NCBI GenBank assembly: GCA_039802865.1
Contig: JBDRXL010000004.1
Coordinates: forward strand, 3,768 to 67,767
Reading direction: 5' to 3'
DNA from: a candidate division WOR-3 bacterium
GTDB lineage: Bacteria; Hydrothermota; Hydrothermia; LBFQ01; DSFT01
Length of the DNA stretch: 64,000 nucleotides
The position numbers and the translations under genes are program-made. The notes beneath the pieces were generated by a model. That model was not told the DNA's origin, did no database searches, and saw only the letters and a program-made list of their open reading frames with translations. Below are positions 40,807 through 49,842 of the stretch, piece by piece (the first letter of the stretch is position 1; each line of letters starts with the position of its first letter).

Positions 40807-41904
40807 CTAAACTCTAAATCTTAAAATTGCTCCAATCTCATTTGATATTAATTCATTAAGTTTTAAAGTATGAGCTATTTCAACATTTCCACCATTCTCA
40901 ATTACAAAATCTATTAAATAATCTGTAATATCTTTTAAAACTTCAATATCTTCACAGGGAAAATCAAACTCCTTATGATAAAATAATCCATTCGAATGGC
41001 ATACATAACCATTATGATGAAAATTCAAATTTACAATCAAAGTTCTTATATTATACATTAAAGCATGTTTTACAACATTTTCAATACCAATAGTAGCTAA
41101 ACCATTTCCAAGTTTCTCTCTAAATTCTTCAAATAATTTTTCTTCTTCCTTAATATCAATTTCTTCAAGCTTTTCAATAAGCTTTCTAAAAATTTGTTCC
41201 TTATTATTATGCTCTGTCCTTAAAAAACCAAAAAACATTCTTTCAATATATTTTGGAAAATAACTTAAAACCAAATTTCCTGATTTTTCATCAGGAGTAG
41301 AAATAAAAATTCTATCAATTTTAAATCTATTAACTATTTCCTCAATCCTTTGCAAAATATACTTTGAAATTTTTCTTTCATATTCACTTATAACATTTTC
41401 TATATTCTGTCCTCCAATCGTTCTTACAACAGGCTTAGAAGAAGACTTTAAAGTTGTTTTATATACTCCACTTTCAATATAAGGTAAAGTAAAACTTAAA
41501 TCTTCCTCAATAGTATGAATACCCTTACTATCTACAATGAAAATTTTTAAATTTTTATGGCTATAATTTACAATTAAATTTCTACCAAACTCACTTTCAA
41601 GATAATTTATAAAATTTATATAAGGTTTTCGAGATATTATTATTTTGTTTGGTAACTTAAAAGGAAGTTTTCTTATTTCCAAATTTTTTGTTTTTATATC
41701 CAAAAATAAAGCAATAGAATATACAGGAAGACCCCCTTCATTTTCAAGAAAATAAGGATTTAAAATTAAATTTTCAATCTCTTCAAGCTCGTTTTCATAC
41801 TCTTTAATTTCTTTTTTTAGATTTTTAAAGTTTAATATATATCTTGGTGGTCTATCCGCCCTATCTTCCGGTGTTGTTGAAAGATAAATATTAATGTATC
41901 TCAT
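40807..41904 (-). CDS. Bacterial eRF1/Pelota-like (baeRF-type) protein with GGQ motif
   Basis: Central VVRTIGGQNIENVISEYERK (GGQ). The C-terminal GLATIGIENVVKHALMYNIRTLIVNLNF resembles eRF1 domain-3 ([28 protein letters not shown]). Terminal ...ISNEIGAILRFRV matches the G(I/V)(G/A)AILR(Y/F) signature of eRF1/Pelota. Last gene of a 4-gene operon. Confidence 0.55.
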   Translation of the reverse strand: MRYINIYLSTTPEDRADRPPRYILNFKNLKKEIKEYENELEEIENLILNPYFLENEGGLPVYSIALFLDIKTKNLEIRKLPFKLPNKIIISRKPYINFINYLESEFGRNLIVNYSHKNLKIFIVDSKGIHTIEEDLSFTLPYIESGVYKTTLKSSSKPVVRTIGGQNIENVISEYERKISKYILQRIEEIVNRFKIDRIFISTPDEKSGNLVLSYFPKYIERMFFGFLRTEHNNKEQIFRKLIEKLEEIDIKEEEKLFEEFREKLGNGLATIGIENVVKHALMYNIRTLIVNLNFHHNGYVCHSNGLFYHKEFDFPCEDIEVLKDITDYLIDFVIENGGNVEIAHTLKLNELISNEIGAILRFRV

Positions 41905-42505
41905 ATATTCCCTCCTTTATTTGTCGTGATAAAGGCTCCTCATCTCTATATCCACAATTTAAAACAAAGGCTATTTGCCACTTATTATAATCCATCCTCA
42001 GAAAGTAATTAACAAACTCCTCTTCTACTGTTTTAGCAGAAAAACCAACAGGTCCCGTATCAAGACCTTCTGCTCTTGCTTGAACCATCATAGCTTGGGC
42101 TATCATCCAACTAACAGAAAAATGATAATTTCTATTATAAGTTAAATCTGTAAGTCCAACAAACATAATAGGGGCTCCACCAAGTGTTTTTATAAATTCT
42201 TTCATATAATTTCTCCACCACTCTTTTAAATTATCTGGAACAATATTATATAAAATTGCTAAATCCCTTGTTATCGAATAAGTTTGATTTATAATATTTA
42301 CCGCTCTTTCCTTTGCCCAATATTGTAAAATAACTAAGGTAAAAGGTATTATAAAATCTTGTAATATAAAAGATGGAACTTCTGAAATTCTTCTAATAGC
42401 ATCCTCCGTTGGCATAACGGACTTATATTTCCTTATCGTTCTTCTACTTTCAATAGTCTTAAATACAACATTTGGGAGTTTATTAGTATATTTCATATAT
42501 TCCAC
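41891..42505 (-). CDS. Nitroreductase-family (FMN-dependent) protein, tandem paralog A
   Basis: ESRRTIRKYKS (RRSxRxF-like) N-motif, GGAPIMFVGL and AEGLDTG motifs. More than 80% nucleotide identity over long stretches with the upstream paralog. Confidence 0.7.
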   Translation of the reverse strand: MEYMKYTNKLPNVVFKTIESRRTIRKYKSVMPTEDAIRRISEVPSFILQDFIIPFTLVILQYWAKERAVNIINQTYSITRDLAILYNIVPDNLKEWWRNYMKEFIKTLGGAPIMFVGLTDLTYNRNYHFSVSWMIAQAMMVQARAEGLDTGPVGFSAKTVEEEFVNYFLRMDYNKWQIAFVLNCGYRDEEPLSRQIKEGIYEIH

Positions 42506-43082
42506 TCCTCAATTCTTTAACAATAGGCTCCTCATCTCTATATCCACAATTTAAAACAAATGCCACTTGCCATTTATTATAATCCATAGCTAAAAAATCT
42601 TCTATTAGTTCTTTTTCTACACTTTTACTTGTAAATGTAACACTTCCAGTATCAAGACCTTCTGCTCTCGCTTGAATCATTATAGCTTGTGCTATTATCC
42701 AACTAACAGAAAAATGATAATTTTTATTATTTTTTAAATCCGTAAGTCCAATGAACATAATAGGAGCTCCACCAAGTGTTTTTATAAATTCCTTTATAAA
42801 TTCTTTATACCAATCCTTTAAATTATCTGGAACAATATTATATAAAACCGCCAAATCCCTTGCTACTGAATAAGTTTCATTTATGATATTTACTGCCCTT
42901 TCCCTTGCCCAATATTGTAAAATTATTAACTTAAATGGAATTGGAAAATCTTGTAATATAAAAAATGGAACTTCTGAAATTCTTCTAATAGCATCTTCTG
43001 TTGGCATAATAGATTTATATTTCCTTATCGTTCTTCTACTTTCAATAGTCTTAAATACAACATTTGGAAGTCTTGTAATCAT
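42483..43082 (-). CDS. Nitroreductase-family (FMN-dependent) protein, tandem paralog B
   Basis: Same motifs as 41891..42505. 23-nt overlap with paralog A. Confidence 0.7.
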   Translation of the reverse strand: MITRLPNVVFKTIESRRTIRKYKSIMPTEDAIRRISEVPFFILQDFPIPFKLIILQYWARERAVNIINETYSVARDLAVLYNIVPDNLKDWYKEFIKEFIKTLGGAPIMFIGLTDLKNNKNYHFSVSWIIAQAIMIQARAEGLDTGSVTFTSKSVEKELIEDFLAMDYNKWQVAFVLNCGYRDEEPIVKELRSGIYEIY

Positions 43083-43588
43083 TCAATCCTCCATATTATA
43101 GCTTCTCTATTTGGTAATTTTGGTTCTATCTTAATCGCTGGATAGCCAAGCAGCAAAATAGCAAAAAACTCATATTCCTGAGGATTTATATTAAATTCAT
43201 TATATATATAATCCTTAAAATTCTCATTCAACTGAAATATCACCTCAGAAACAATACCATAACTTATTGCTTGAATTCTCATATTATATATAGCAGCAGA
43301 AGTGGAACCATATTGAGTTAATTGATTATATTCTTCTTTAACTTTTGCACAAAAGCATAAAATTATAGTATTAGCTTTTTTGTCTAATTTTTTTGATATG
43401 CTTAAAGCTTTATCTCCTGTAATTGCTATGAATTTCCAAGGTTGTGGGGGATTTAAACCATAAGGTGCATATGTTCCAGCTTTTAATATATTTTCTATAA
43501 TATCCTTAGGAATGGGCTTTAAAGCAAACTTATCAGTATTCTTCAATAGTCTGTTTAGCTCATATAAAATTTTACCTTCCATAGGCAT
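43079..43588 (-). CDS. Divergent nitroreductase-fold protein (third member of the operon)
   Basis: GLNPPQPWKFIAI and TIILCF segments are typical of the nitroreductase superfamily. Promoter element GCTTTAAAATTTTAATGCCT-ATG upstream. ATGA overlap with the next gene. Confidence 0.55.
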   Translation of the reverse strand: MPMEGKILYELNRLLKNTDKFALKPIPKDIIENILKAGTYAPYGLNPPQPWKFIAITGDKALSISKKLDKKANTIILCFCAKVKEEYNQLTQYGSTSAAIYNMRIQAISYGIVSEVIFQLNENFKDYIYNEFNINPQEYEFFAILLLGYPAIKIEPKLPNREAIIWRIE

Positions 43589-43608
43589 TAAAATTTTAAA
43601 GCTATCAT

Positions 43609-44238
43609 ATGTATAAATTTAAAAATTTTGTTCATCCTTTATTTGCCTCAAACACATATGTAATTTATAAGGAAAATAGTAATGAATGCATTATTATTGA
43701 CCCAACAGATATTGCTTTTAGAGATTTAGCAAAGTTTTTAGAAAATAATAATTTAAAGCCAATAAGTATCATAAACACCCATGGGCATTATGACCATATT
43801 AGTGGAATTGATTTAGTAAGAGAAACTTATAAAATTCCACTTTATATACATAAAAATGAAGAAGAATTTTTAAGAAATCCCGAACTAAATTTATCTATTT
43901 ATCTTGGAAAGAATTTAATTATAAAGCCTGCTGAATACTATGTTAATGATAATGATGAAATTATGGGCTTTAAAATTATACATACCCCAGGACATACCCC
44001 TGGGAGTATATGCTTGAAAGTAGAAAATATTTTAATAGTTGGCGATTTGATATTTTTAAATTCCATAGGAAGGGTGGATTTACCGCTTTCAAGCGAAGAA
44101 GATATGAGAAATTCACTAATTAAAATTTTAAATTACATAGATGAAGATACGACAATTTTGCCAGGTCATGGAAGAAGTTTTAAATTAGAAGATTTAAAAA
44201 GAGAAAATGAAATACTATGGAGCTTTATAAATTTTTAG
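43609..44238 (+). CDS. MBL-fold metallo-hydrolase (glyoxalase II-like)
   Basis: HGHYDHISG (HxHxDH) and downstream His/Asp ligands. Confidence 0.8.
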   Translation: MYKFKNFVHPLFASNTYVIYKENSNECIIIDPTDIAFRDLAKFLENNNLKPISIINTHGHYDHISGIDLVRETYKIPLYIHKNEEEFLRNPELNLSIYLGKNLIIKPAEYYVNDNDEIMGFKIIHTPGHTPGSICLKVENILIVGDLIFLNSIGRVDLPLSSEEDMRNSLIKILNYIDEDTTILPGHGRSFKLEDLKRENEILWSFINF

Positions 44239-45107
44239 ATGAATTTATTGATTATTTAATGTCGGAAAGGGGTTATAGTTATCATACCTTAGATGGTTAT
44301 AAAAGGGATGTTAATAAATTTATTATGTTCATTGAAATGAATAATTATGATATTGAGAATTTAGATGTTAATGAGCTTCAAAAATTTGTGAATTATTTAT
44401 CTAATCTTGGTTTTTCAGCATCATCTATTGAAAGATGTATAGCAGCGGTAAGAAGCTTTTTGAAATTTTTATATATCTATCATAATATAAATACATCTAT
44501 TTCAGAGCTTATAGAACTCCCAAGGAAAAAGCAATTTATGCCCGATGTTATGACAGTAGAAGAAATAGAATTATTACTTAATCAACCAGATATAACAACA
44601 GAAAAGGGTTTAAGAGATAGAGCTATTATGGAGCTATTATACGCAACAGGAATGAGGGTTAGTGAGGCATTATCACTTAAAGTATATGATGTAAACTTAG
44701 ATGATAGAATTGTTAGAATTAGTGGAAAGGGTAATAAAGAGCGCATTGTTCCATTTCACGAAACTGCAAGGGAATTTTTATATAAATACTTAACAAATGC
44801 AAGAAGTAAATTTATTAAAAATAGAGATAATGGTTATTTATTCCTTAATTCAAAGGGAAATAGACTTTCAAGAATAGGATTTTGGAAAATTTTAAAAGAA
44901 TATGCAATAACAATTGGTCTTGAAAACAAAGTTCATCCTCATGTTTTTAGACACTCATTTGCTACTCATATGCTTATGAATGGTTGTGATTTAAGAATCT
45001 TACAAGAGATTCTAGGACATTCCTCTATCTCTACTACTCAAAGATATACTTATATTTCGATTGCTCATTTAAAGGAAATTCATAAAAAATATCATCCAAG
45101 AGCATGA
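44217..45107 (+). CDS. xerD: Tyrosine recombinase XerD/XerC
   Basis: C-terminal RHSFATHMLMNGCDLRILQEILGHSSISTTQRYTYIS carries the R-H-R-Y catalytic residues. Phage-integrase N-terminal SAM-like domain. Confidence 0.8.
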   Translation: MELYKFLDEFIDYLMSERGYSYHTLDGYKRDVNKFIMFIEMNNYDIENLDVNELQKFVNYLSNLGFSASSIERCIAAVRSFLKFLYIYHNINTSISELIELPRKKQFMPDVMTVEEIELLLNQPDITTEKGLRDRAIMELLYATGMRVSEALSLKVYDVNLDDRIVRISGKGNKERIVPFHETAREFLYKYLTNARSKFIKNRDNGYLFLNSKGNRLSRIGFWKILKEYAITIGLENKVHPHVFRHSFATHMLMNGCDLRILQEILGHSSISTTQRYTYISIAHLKEIHKKYHPRA

Positions 45108-45703
45108 TAAGAGTTCTTGGAATTAATGGCTCACCAAGAGGTGAAAAATCAAGAGCATTCTTTCTACTAGAAAAATCCTTAGAAGTTTGTAGGAATTTAG
45201 GTGCAGAAATAGATATTATTCATCTTTCAAAGGTTTATATTGAGCATTGTTCTGGTAATTATAGTGAAAATAGAGAGCTTTGCAATGTTGAAAATTGTAT
45301 AAAAACAAAGGATAGTTTTAAGTATGTTTTAAATAAAATGTTATTAGCAGATGGAATCATATTTTCAACCTCTGTTCAATGGTTTGGAGTTTCATCCTTA
45401 ATGAAAACTTTAATTGATAGATTAACAAGTGCAGAAAATAAAGAGAAGTTATTTGATGGAAAAGTTGCTGGATTTATAGCAGTTGCAGAAGAAGATGGAG
45501 CTATGAATGCTATTTTACAAATGGTTTCCGCATTTAATTTTATGGGCTTTTTAATTCCACCATATGCGTTCGTTTATAGCACTGGATTTTATGATGATAT
45601 TAGTAAAGATATTGAAGCTATTGAAGATGCTAAAAGGCTTGGAAGAAATATTATTTTAGCAATAAAGGCTATACAAAATATCCAAAATTGGTGGGAAATT
45701 TAA
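45104..45703 (+). CDS. NADPH-dependent FMN reductase / iron-sulfur-flavoprotein-like
   Basis: Flavodoxin-like MIRVLGINGSPRGEKS. Cys cluster HCSGNYSENRELCNVENC is reminiscent of Isf proteins. Confidence 0.65.
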   Translation: MIRVLGINGSPRGEKSRAFFLLEKSLEVCRNLGAEIDIIHLSKVYIEHCSGNYSENRELCNVENCIKTKDSFKYVLNKMLLADGIIFSTSVQWFGVSSLMKTLIDRLTSAENKEKLFDGKVAGFIAVAEEDGAMNAILQMVSAFNFMGFLIPPYAFVYSTGFYDDISKDIEAIEDAKRLGRNIILAIKAIQNIQNWWEI

Positions 45704-47073
45704 ATATAACTTCTTAAAAATAACTTTTGACCAAATCTATCAATTATTATTTCAATATATCTATTTTTCTTAACTATTTCAAATGCTCTATTAAAATCGC
45801 TTTCATTTCTAATTTCTATTCTATTCATAGACAAAATTACATCTCCTTTATTAATTCCTATATAATCAGCCATACTACTTGAAATTACATCAAGAACAAC
45901 TATGCCTTTACTTGTTTTAAGTCTAAACTTTTGAGCAATAATAGAGTTATTTATTGTATATTTAATTCCAAAATCACTTTTAAATTCATCATATTTAAAT
46001 TCTTTTGAAACAATTTCAACATTATAAAATTTACCATTTCTAAAAACTTTTAATTTTAATTTTTCTTCAGGTAATAAAAAATATGTTAAATTATGCCAAT
46101 CTCCAACATTTCTAATTTGCTTTCCATTAACCTCTACAATAATATCTCCCTCTTTTATATTTGGTTCTCTTGAATTGCTTACAAGAAGTCCAAAACCATC
46201 ATATTTAAGAGCCTTTTTAAGTTCTTCATTCAATGGCTGAATTTCAATCCCAATATACGCTTCTCTTATTTTACCATATTTTATAACCTCATTAAAAAAT
46301 TTTTTAACAGTATTTATAGGGATAGCAAATCCTATTCCTTCAAATCCTCCTGATTGTGAAAATATAAATGTATTAATTCCAATAACTTCACCTCTTATAT
46401 TAACTAATGCTCCACCACTATTTCCAGGATTTATAGCAGCATCTGTTTGAATCATATTCTTATATTCTCTATCTTCCTTTCCTTTAACTGATCTTCCAAT
46501 TGCACTAATTATACCAGCGGTTATTGTAGGTTCTGTATTTTCAAGATAAAATGCTAATGGATTTCCAATAGCTACTACCCATTCTCCTACCATTAAACTA
46601 TCGGAATTTCCAAGTTTTGCAAATGGGAAATTTTTCTTATCTGATTTAATTTTAAGCAATGCTAAATCCAATTTACTATCTTTATATATTAATTTTGCTG
46701 GATATTGCTCAGAATTTGGAAATGTTACTAAAATGGATTCTGGTTTTTCTCCTATTACATGCTCATTTGTTATAACATATCCATCAGGTGTTATTACAAC
46801 CCCTGAACCAAGTGATTGAACAGTTCTTATACTATAACTTGGAGGAATTATTTCTCTCCAAAATGGATCAAGAAATGGTGGATATTCTTCTACAACTTGC
46901 TTTGTTAAAACAGTTATAGAAACAACACTAGAAGAAGCTATCTGACTTGCATAAACAATAGCTGTTGCTCTTGTGCTATCTATTATTCTATTTAATAAGA
47001 ATTTATCATCATTTTCAGATGAATAACCCTTTGAATTACAAGCTATTAAGAGTAAAAATAAAACTTTTTTCAT
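45700..47073 (-). CDS. htrA: HtrA/DegP-family periplasmic serine protease with two PDZ domains, lipoprotein signal
   Basis: Triad contexts TNEHVI, DLALLKI and GNSGGALVN. N-terminus MKKVLFLLLIACNS. Confidence 0.85.
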   Translation of the reverse strand: MKKVLFLLLIACNSKGYSSENDDKFLLNRIIDSTRATAIVYASQIASSSVVSITVLTKQVVEEYPPFLDPFWREIIPPSYSIRTVQSLGSGVVITPDGYVITNEHVIGEKPESILVTFPNSEQYPAKLIYKDSKLDLALLKIKSDKKNFPFAKLGNSDSLMVGEWVVAIGNPLAFYLENTEPTITAGIISAIGRSVKGKEDREYKNMIQTDAAINPGNSGGALVNIRGEVIGINTFIFSQSGGFEGIGFAIPINTVKKFFNEVIKYGKIREAYIGIEIQPLNEELKKALKYDGFGLLVSNSREPNIKEGDIIVEVNGKQIRNVGDWHNLTYFLLPEEKLKLKVFRNGKFYNVEIVSKEFKYDEFKSDFGIKYTINNSIIAQKFRLKTSKGIVVLDVISSSMADYIGINKGDVILSMNRIEIRNESDFNRAFEIVKKNRYIEIIIDRFGQKLFLRSYI

Positions 47074-48209
47074 TCTATATAACTTTCAGGAACAATGAAA
47101 ATATCTTCCCTTACTTTCTCGGGTTTTTCATAAATTACTTCAAGTGTCCCTACTCTATAACAATTTGGACATTCAATATAAAAGCTATTATATGTTGAAT
47201 TACAAGCCTGACAAATATATAAACTACTTTTGATAGCCATATCAACAATATATTTTATAATTGATTCATCTTTTAAAATTTGATAAACTTTTGAAATTAA
47301 AACGAGATTTGAAACAAAGATGTCTTTATTTTCATAAAAGTAATCTCTTGCTATTGAATAATCACCCATATTATGCAAAATTCTAATATAATCTAACTTA
47401 GCAATTGGATTTGGATGTTCTTTTAAATAATTAAGAAGCTCATCAATTTTATTCATTTCAAAATATATTTCTCTTAATTCATCCTTTACAAAACTATATA
47501 AATTCGGTTTTTTATTTAAACCACTAAGGATAAAATCCAAAGCCTTATTAAAATTCCCTTTATAGAATTGATAAATACCTCTTGCTAAATCTACAAATCC
47601 ATCTTCATATATTTTGCTTGCTTCTGCTATCAACTTTTGAGATGTTTCAAAATCTCCATTTCTAACAGCCAAAATTGAAAGCTTTGATAATATATTTGAA
47701 ATTTGCTCTTTCTCAAAATTATGAACAATCTTCTTATAATAATAAGCAGAATTTTTATAATCTTTCAAATGCTCATAAAGTTTTGCAATCAAAAAATAAT
47801 AATCTTTATCATCCAACTTATGGTCTAATAAAAATTCAAGTCCTTCCTTTGGTTTATTCAATTTTATATAAATTTCACCAACTAATAAAATTGCTCTTTT
47901 CTTAATAGCCTCATCTACATAAACTCCAACAATTAAAGAGCGTGCTAATCTAACCGCTTTTTCAAGCTTACCAATTTGCATATACAAAAATGCTAAATGA
48001 AGATATATATAATACTTATCTGTAATTTTAGAAATTTTTAACTCCTCCTTTAACAAATCAATAGCAACATTAACAGGATGCTTTAAAATATCATTAACCT
48101 TCTTTACAATTTCTTTACTTGGACTATATTTTGGAGTATATAAATCCCTTATATATCCAAAAAGAAAAAATAAAATTATGATAAGGATTGCAAGATAAAT
48201 CCAAATCAT
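47070..48209 (-). CDS. lapB: LapB (YciM)-like LPS assembly regulator: N-terminal TM, TPR repeats, C-terminal rubredoxin-type zinc ribbon
   Basis: MIWIYLAILIIILFFLFGYI TM, multiple TPR-like helices, and C-terminal CQACNSTYNSFYIECPNCYRVG. Confidence 0.65.
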   Translation of the reverse strand: MIWIYLAILIIILFFLFGYIRDLYTPKYSPSKEIVKKVNDILKHPVNVAIDLLKEELKISKITDKYYIYLHLAFLYMQIGKLEKAVRLARSLIVGVYVDEAIKKRAILLVGEIYIKLNKPKEGLEFLLDHKLDDKDYYFLIAKLYEHLKDYKNSAYYYKKIVHNFEKEQISNILSKLSILAVRNGDFETSQKLIAEASKIYEDGFVDLARGIYQFYKGNFNKALDFILSGLNKKPNLYSFVKDELREIYFEMNKIDELLNYLKEHPNPIAKLDYIRILHNMGDYSIARDYFYENKDIFVSNLVLISKVYQILKDESIIKYIVDMAIKSSLYICQACNSTYNSFYIECPNCYRVGTLEVIYEKPEKVREDIFIVPESYIE

Positions 48210-48502
48210 TTTTCTTCCTCCATTAAAAATTTCCTAAGTTCATCAAGTTCATTTTCAAGGTTTTTTATTTTCTTTTCCTTAGAATTTAGTTGAATTTTAG
48301 CTCTTGTTATTTCAATAAGGGCAATTATAGAAGCAAATGCAAAACCAAATATAAAGGACACAAAAATAATAACCCACAATGGAACATTTTCATAAATACT
48401 ACCAAATATATGAAAAGTTAATCTATATTCGCTATTTTCTAATAAGAAGTAAAATATCATTAAAGAAAGAATTAAAAGTAATATAAAACGAAGAAATGTC
48501 AT
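48206..48502 (-). CDS. lapA: LapA (YciS/DUF1049)-like small membrane protein
   Basis: Two TM helices and a C-terminal coiled coil. Start taken as the ATG at 48502 (MTFLRFILLL...), preceded by ACTTTAAAATTTTGATT. Overlaps lapB by 4 nt. Confidence 0.55.
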   Translation of the reverse strand: MTFLRFILLLILSLMIFYFLLENSEYRLTFHIFGSIYENVPLWVIIFVSFIFGFAFASIIALIEITRAKIQLNSKEKKIKNLENELDELRKFLMEEEK

Positions 48503-48559
48503 AATCAAAATTTTAAAGTATTCAATTTAATTCTTTTTCAACTCTTTTTATATCCGCCT

Positions 48560-48745
48560 CAACCATTATTTCCCAAAATCACCTAACAAAATATCTACCT
48601 CCGCAGGTCTATAAAATTTTCCCAAACAATATCAAAACCAACAATTCTAAAAACTAATTCAACAAATTCTAATAATACTAGAATTACCACTTTCAAGAAG
48701 AAACTTTGCTAAATAAGCTCCATCTTGCCCTCTAATTCTAGTAAA
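48560..48745 (-). pseudogene. gmd: Decayed remnant of GDP-mannose 4,6-dehydratase (gmd): N-terminal and C-terminal fragments with an internal deletion
   Basis: Minus-strand translation gives ...NFTRIRGQDGAYLAKFLLESGNSSIIRIC* (compare Gmd [21 protein letters not shown]) and YRPAEVDILLGDFGK* (compare Gmd [21 protein letters not shown]). No start codon and multiple stops. The promoter palindrome at 48742-48753 still precedes it. Confidence 0.5.
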
Positions 48746-48748
48746 ATT

Positions 48749-49840
48749 TTAAAGTTTTACAACTTCTTCAAAAACTTTTAAATGTTCCTTTGCTGTTTTT
48801 TCCCAACTAAAAATTTTTATTCTTTCAAAACCCTTATTAATTAAATATTGTCTTAAACTATTATCTGTTAATAATTTATAAATGCTTTCAGAAATACTTT
48901 CTATACTATAAGGGTCAAAATAATATGCAGCATCACTACAAATTTCAGGCAAACTTGAAACATTTGATATTGCGGTAGGAACACCACAAGCCATAGCTTC
49001 CAAAGGTGTAAAACCAAAACCCTCATACAAAGATGGAAGAATAACTAATAATGAAGCATTATAGTATTTAATAAGCTCATTATCAGAAGCTCTTGTTATT
49101 TCTATAATTTCTTGTTCTAAATTTAAGCTTTTCTTTAATCTATCAATTTCATCTTCTTTTTTAAATTTTTCTCCAATAATTACAAGTTTTAAATTTTTAA
49201 AATCACTTTTTATTTTTAAAAATGCCTTAACTAATCTTTCTAAATTTTTATGTGGTTTTCTATTTCCAACATAAAGAATATAATCTCCAAGATTTTTTTC
49301 CTTTTTAAATAACTCTATTTCCTCCTTTGAAATTGGCTTGAAAACATCTGATATTCCCCAATATATTACTCTTATTTTGCTTTCTATTCTTGGATAAAAA
49401 TTTAAAATATCCTTAGCGGTAAAATTTGAATTTGTAATAATAATTTTTGACTTCTTTAAGGCTCTTTTTAAAACAATTTTTGCAGACTTTACTTTAAGTT
49501 TATTAAAAAATTTAGGAAATTTAAATTGAGTTAAATCATGAACTGTGACAATACTATTTTTAGGCAATAAAAAAGGAACATTATATTGAGGAAAATGAAA
49601 CACATCAAAACTTTTTTCAAGTTTTTTTAAAAGAATACTACCTTCAATTTGCTCATAAATAGAATAAATAGGAGAATTGTAAGGTATATAATTTTTAAAT
49701 ATACTTTGCTTTAATACTTCAACATACCCCCCTGCAAAAACTTCAACATCTGACATTTTTACAATTTCACTATAAACACCTTCTATATATCTACCAATTC
49801 CAGACTTTTTATAAAATCTTGCATCTAAAAAAATTCTCAT
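48749..49840 (-). CDS. Glycosyltransferase family 4 (GT-B fold)
   Basis: C-terminal EGFGFTPLEAMACGVPTAISNVSSLPE (E-x7-E GT4 motif). Confidence 0.8.
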   Translation of the reverse strand: MRIFLDARFYKKSGIGRYIEGVYSEIVKMSDVEVFAGGYVEVLKQSIFKNYIPYNSPIYSIYEQIEGSILLKKLEKSFDVFHFPQYNVPFLLPKNSIVTVHDLTQFKFPKFFNKLKVKSAKIVLKRALKKSKIIITNSNFTAKDILNFYPRIESKIRVIYWGISDVFKPISKEEIELFKKEKNLGDYILYVGNRKPHKNLERLVKAFLKIKSDFKNLKLVIIGEKFKKEDEIDRLKKSLNLEQEIIEITRASDNELIKYYNASLLVILPSLYEGFGFTPLEAMACGVPTAISNVSSLPEICSDAAYYFDPYSIESISESIYKLLTDNSLRQYLINKGFERIKIFSWEKTAKEHLKVFEEVVKL

Positions 49841-49842
49841 AT

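Noticed and set aside
40807-41904. GGQ in the eRF1-like protein as a chance tripeptide
   Set aside because: It was not dismissed. It co-occurs with two independent eRF1/Pelota domain-3 signature blocks (..LIVNLNF.. and ..GAILRF), so chance is unlikely. It still needs profile confirmation.
44217-45107. Tyrosine recombinase as the marker of an integrated mobile element
   Set aside because: The sequence has XerD-type features. It is translationally coupled to housekeeping-like neighbours (MBL hydrolase, FMN reductase). No att-like direct repeats, phage genes or compositional shift are visible.
48509-48748. Possible structured ncRNA in the only long gap
   Set aside because: The gap translates into recognisable GDP-mannose 4,6-dehydratase fragments, so a pseudogene remnant is the better explanation. 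No conserved ncRNA motifs (tmRNA, RNase P, 6S, SRP) were recognised anywhere in the window.
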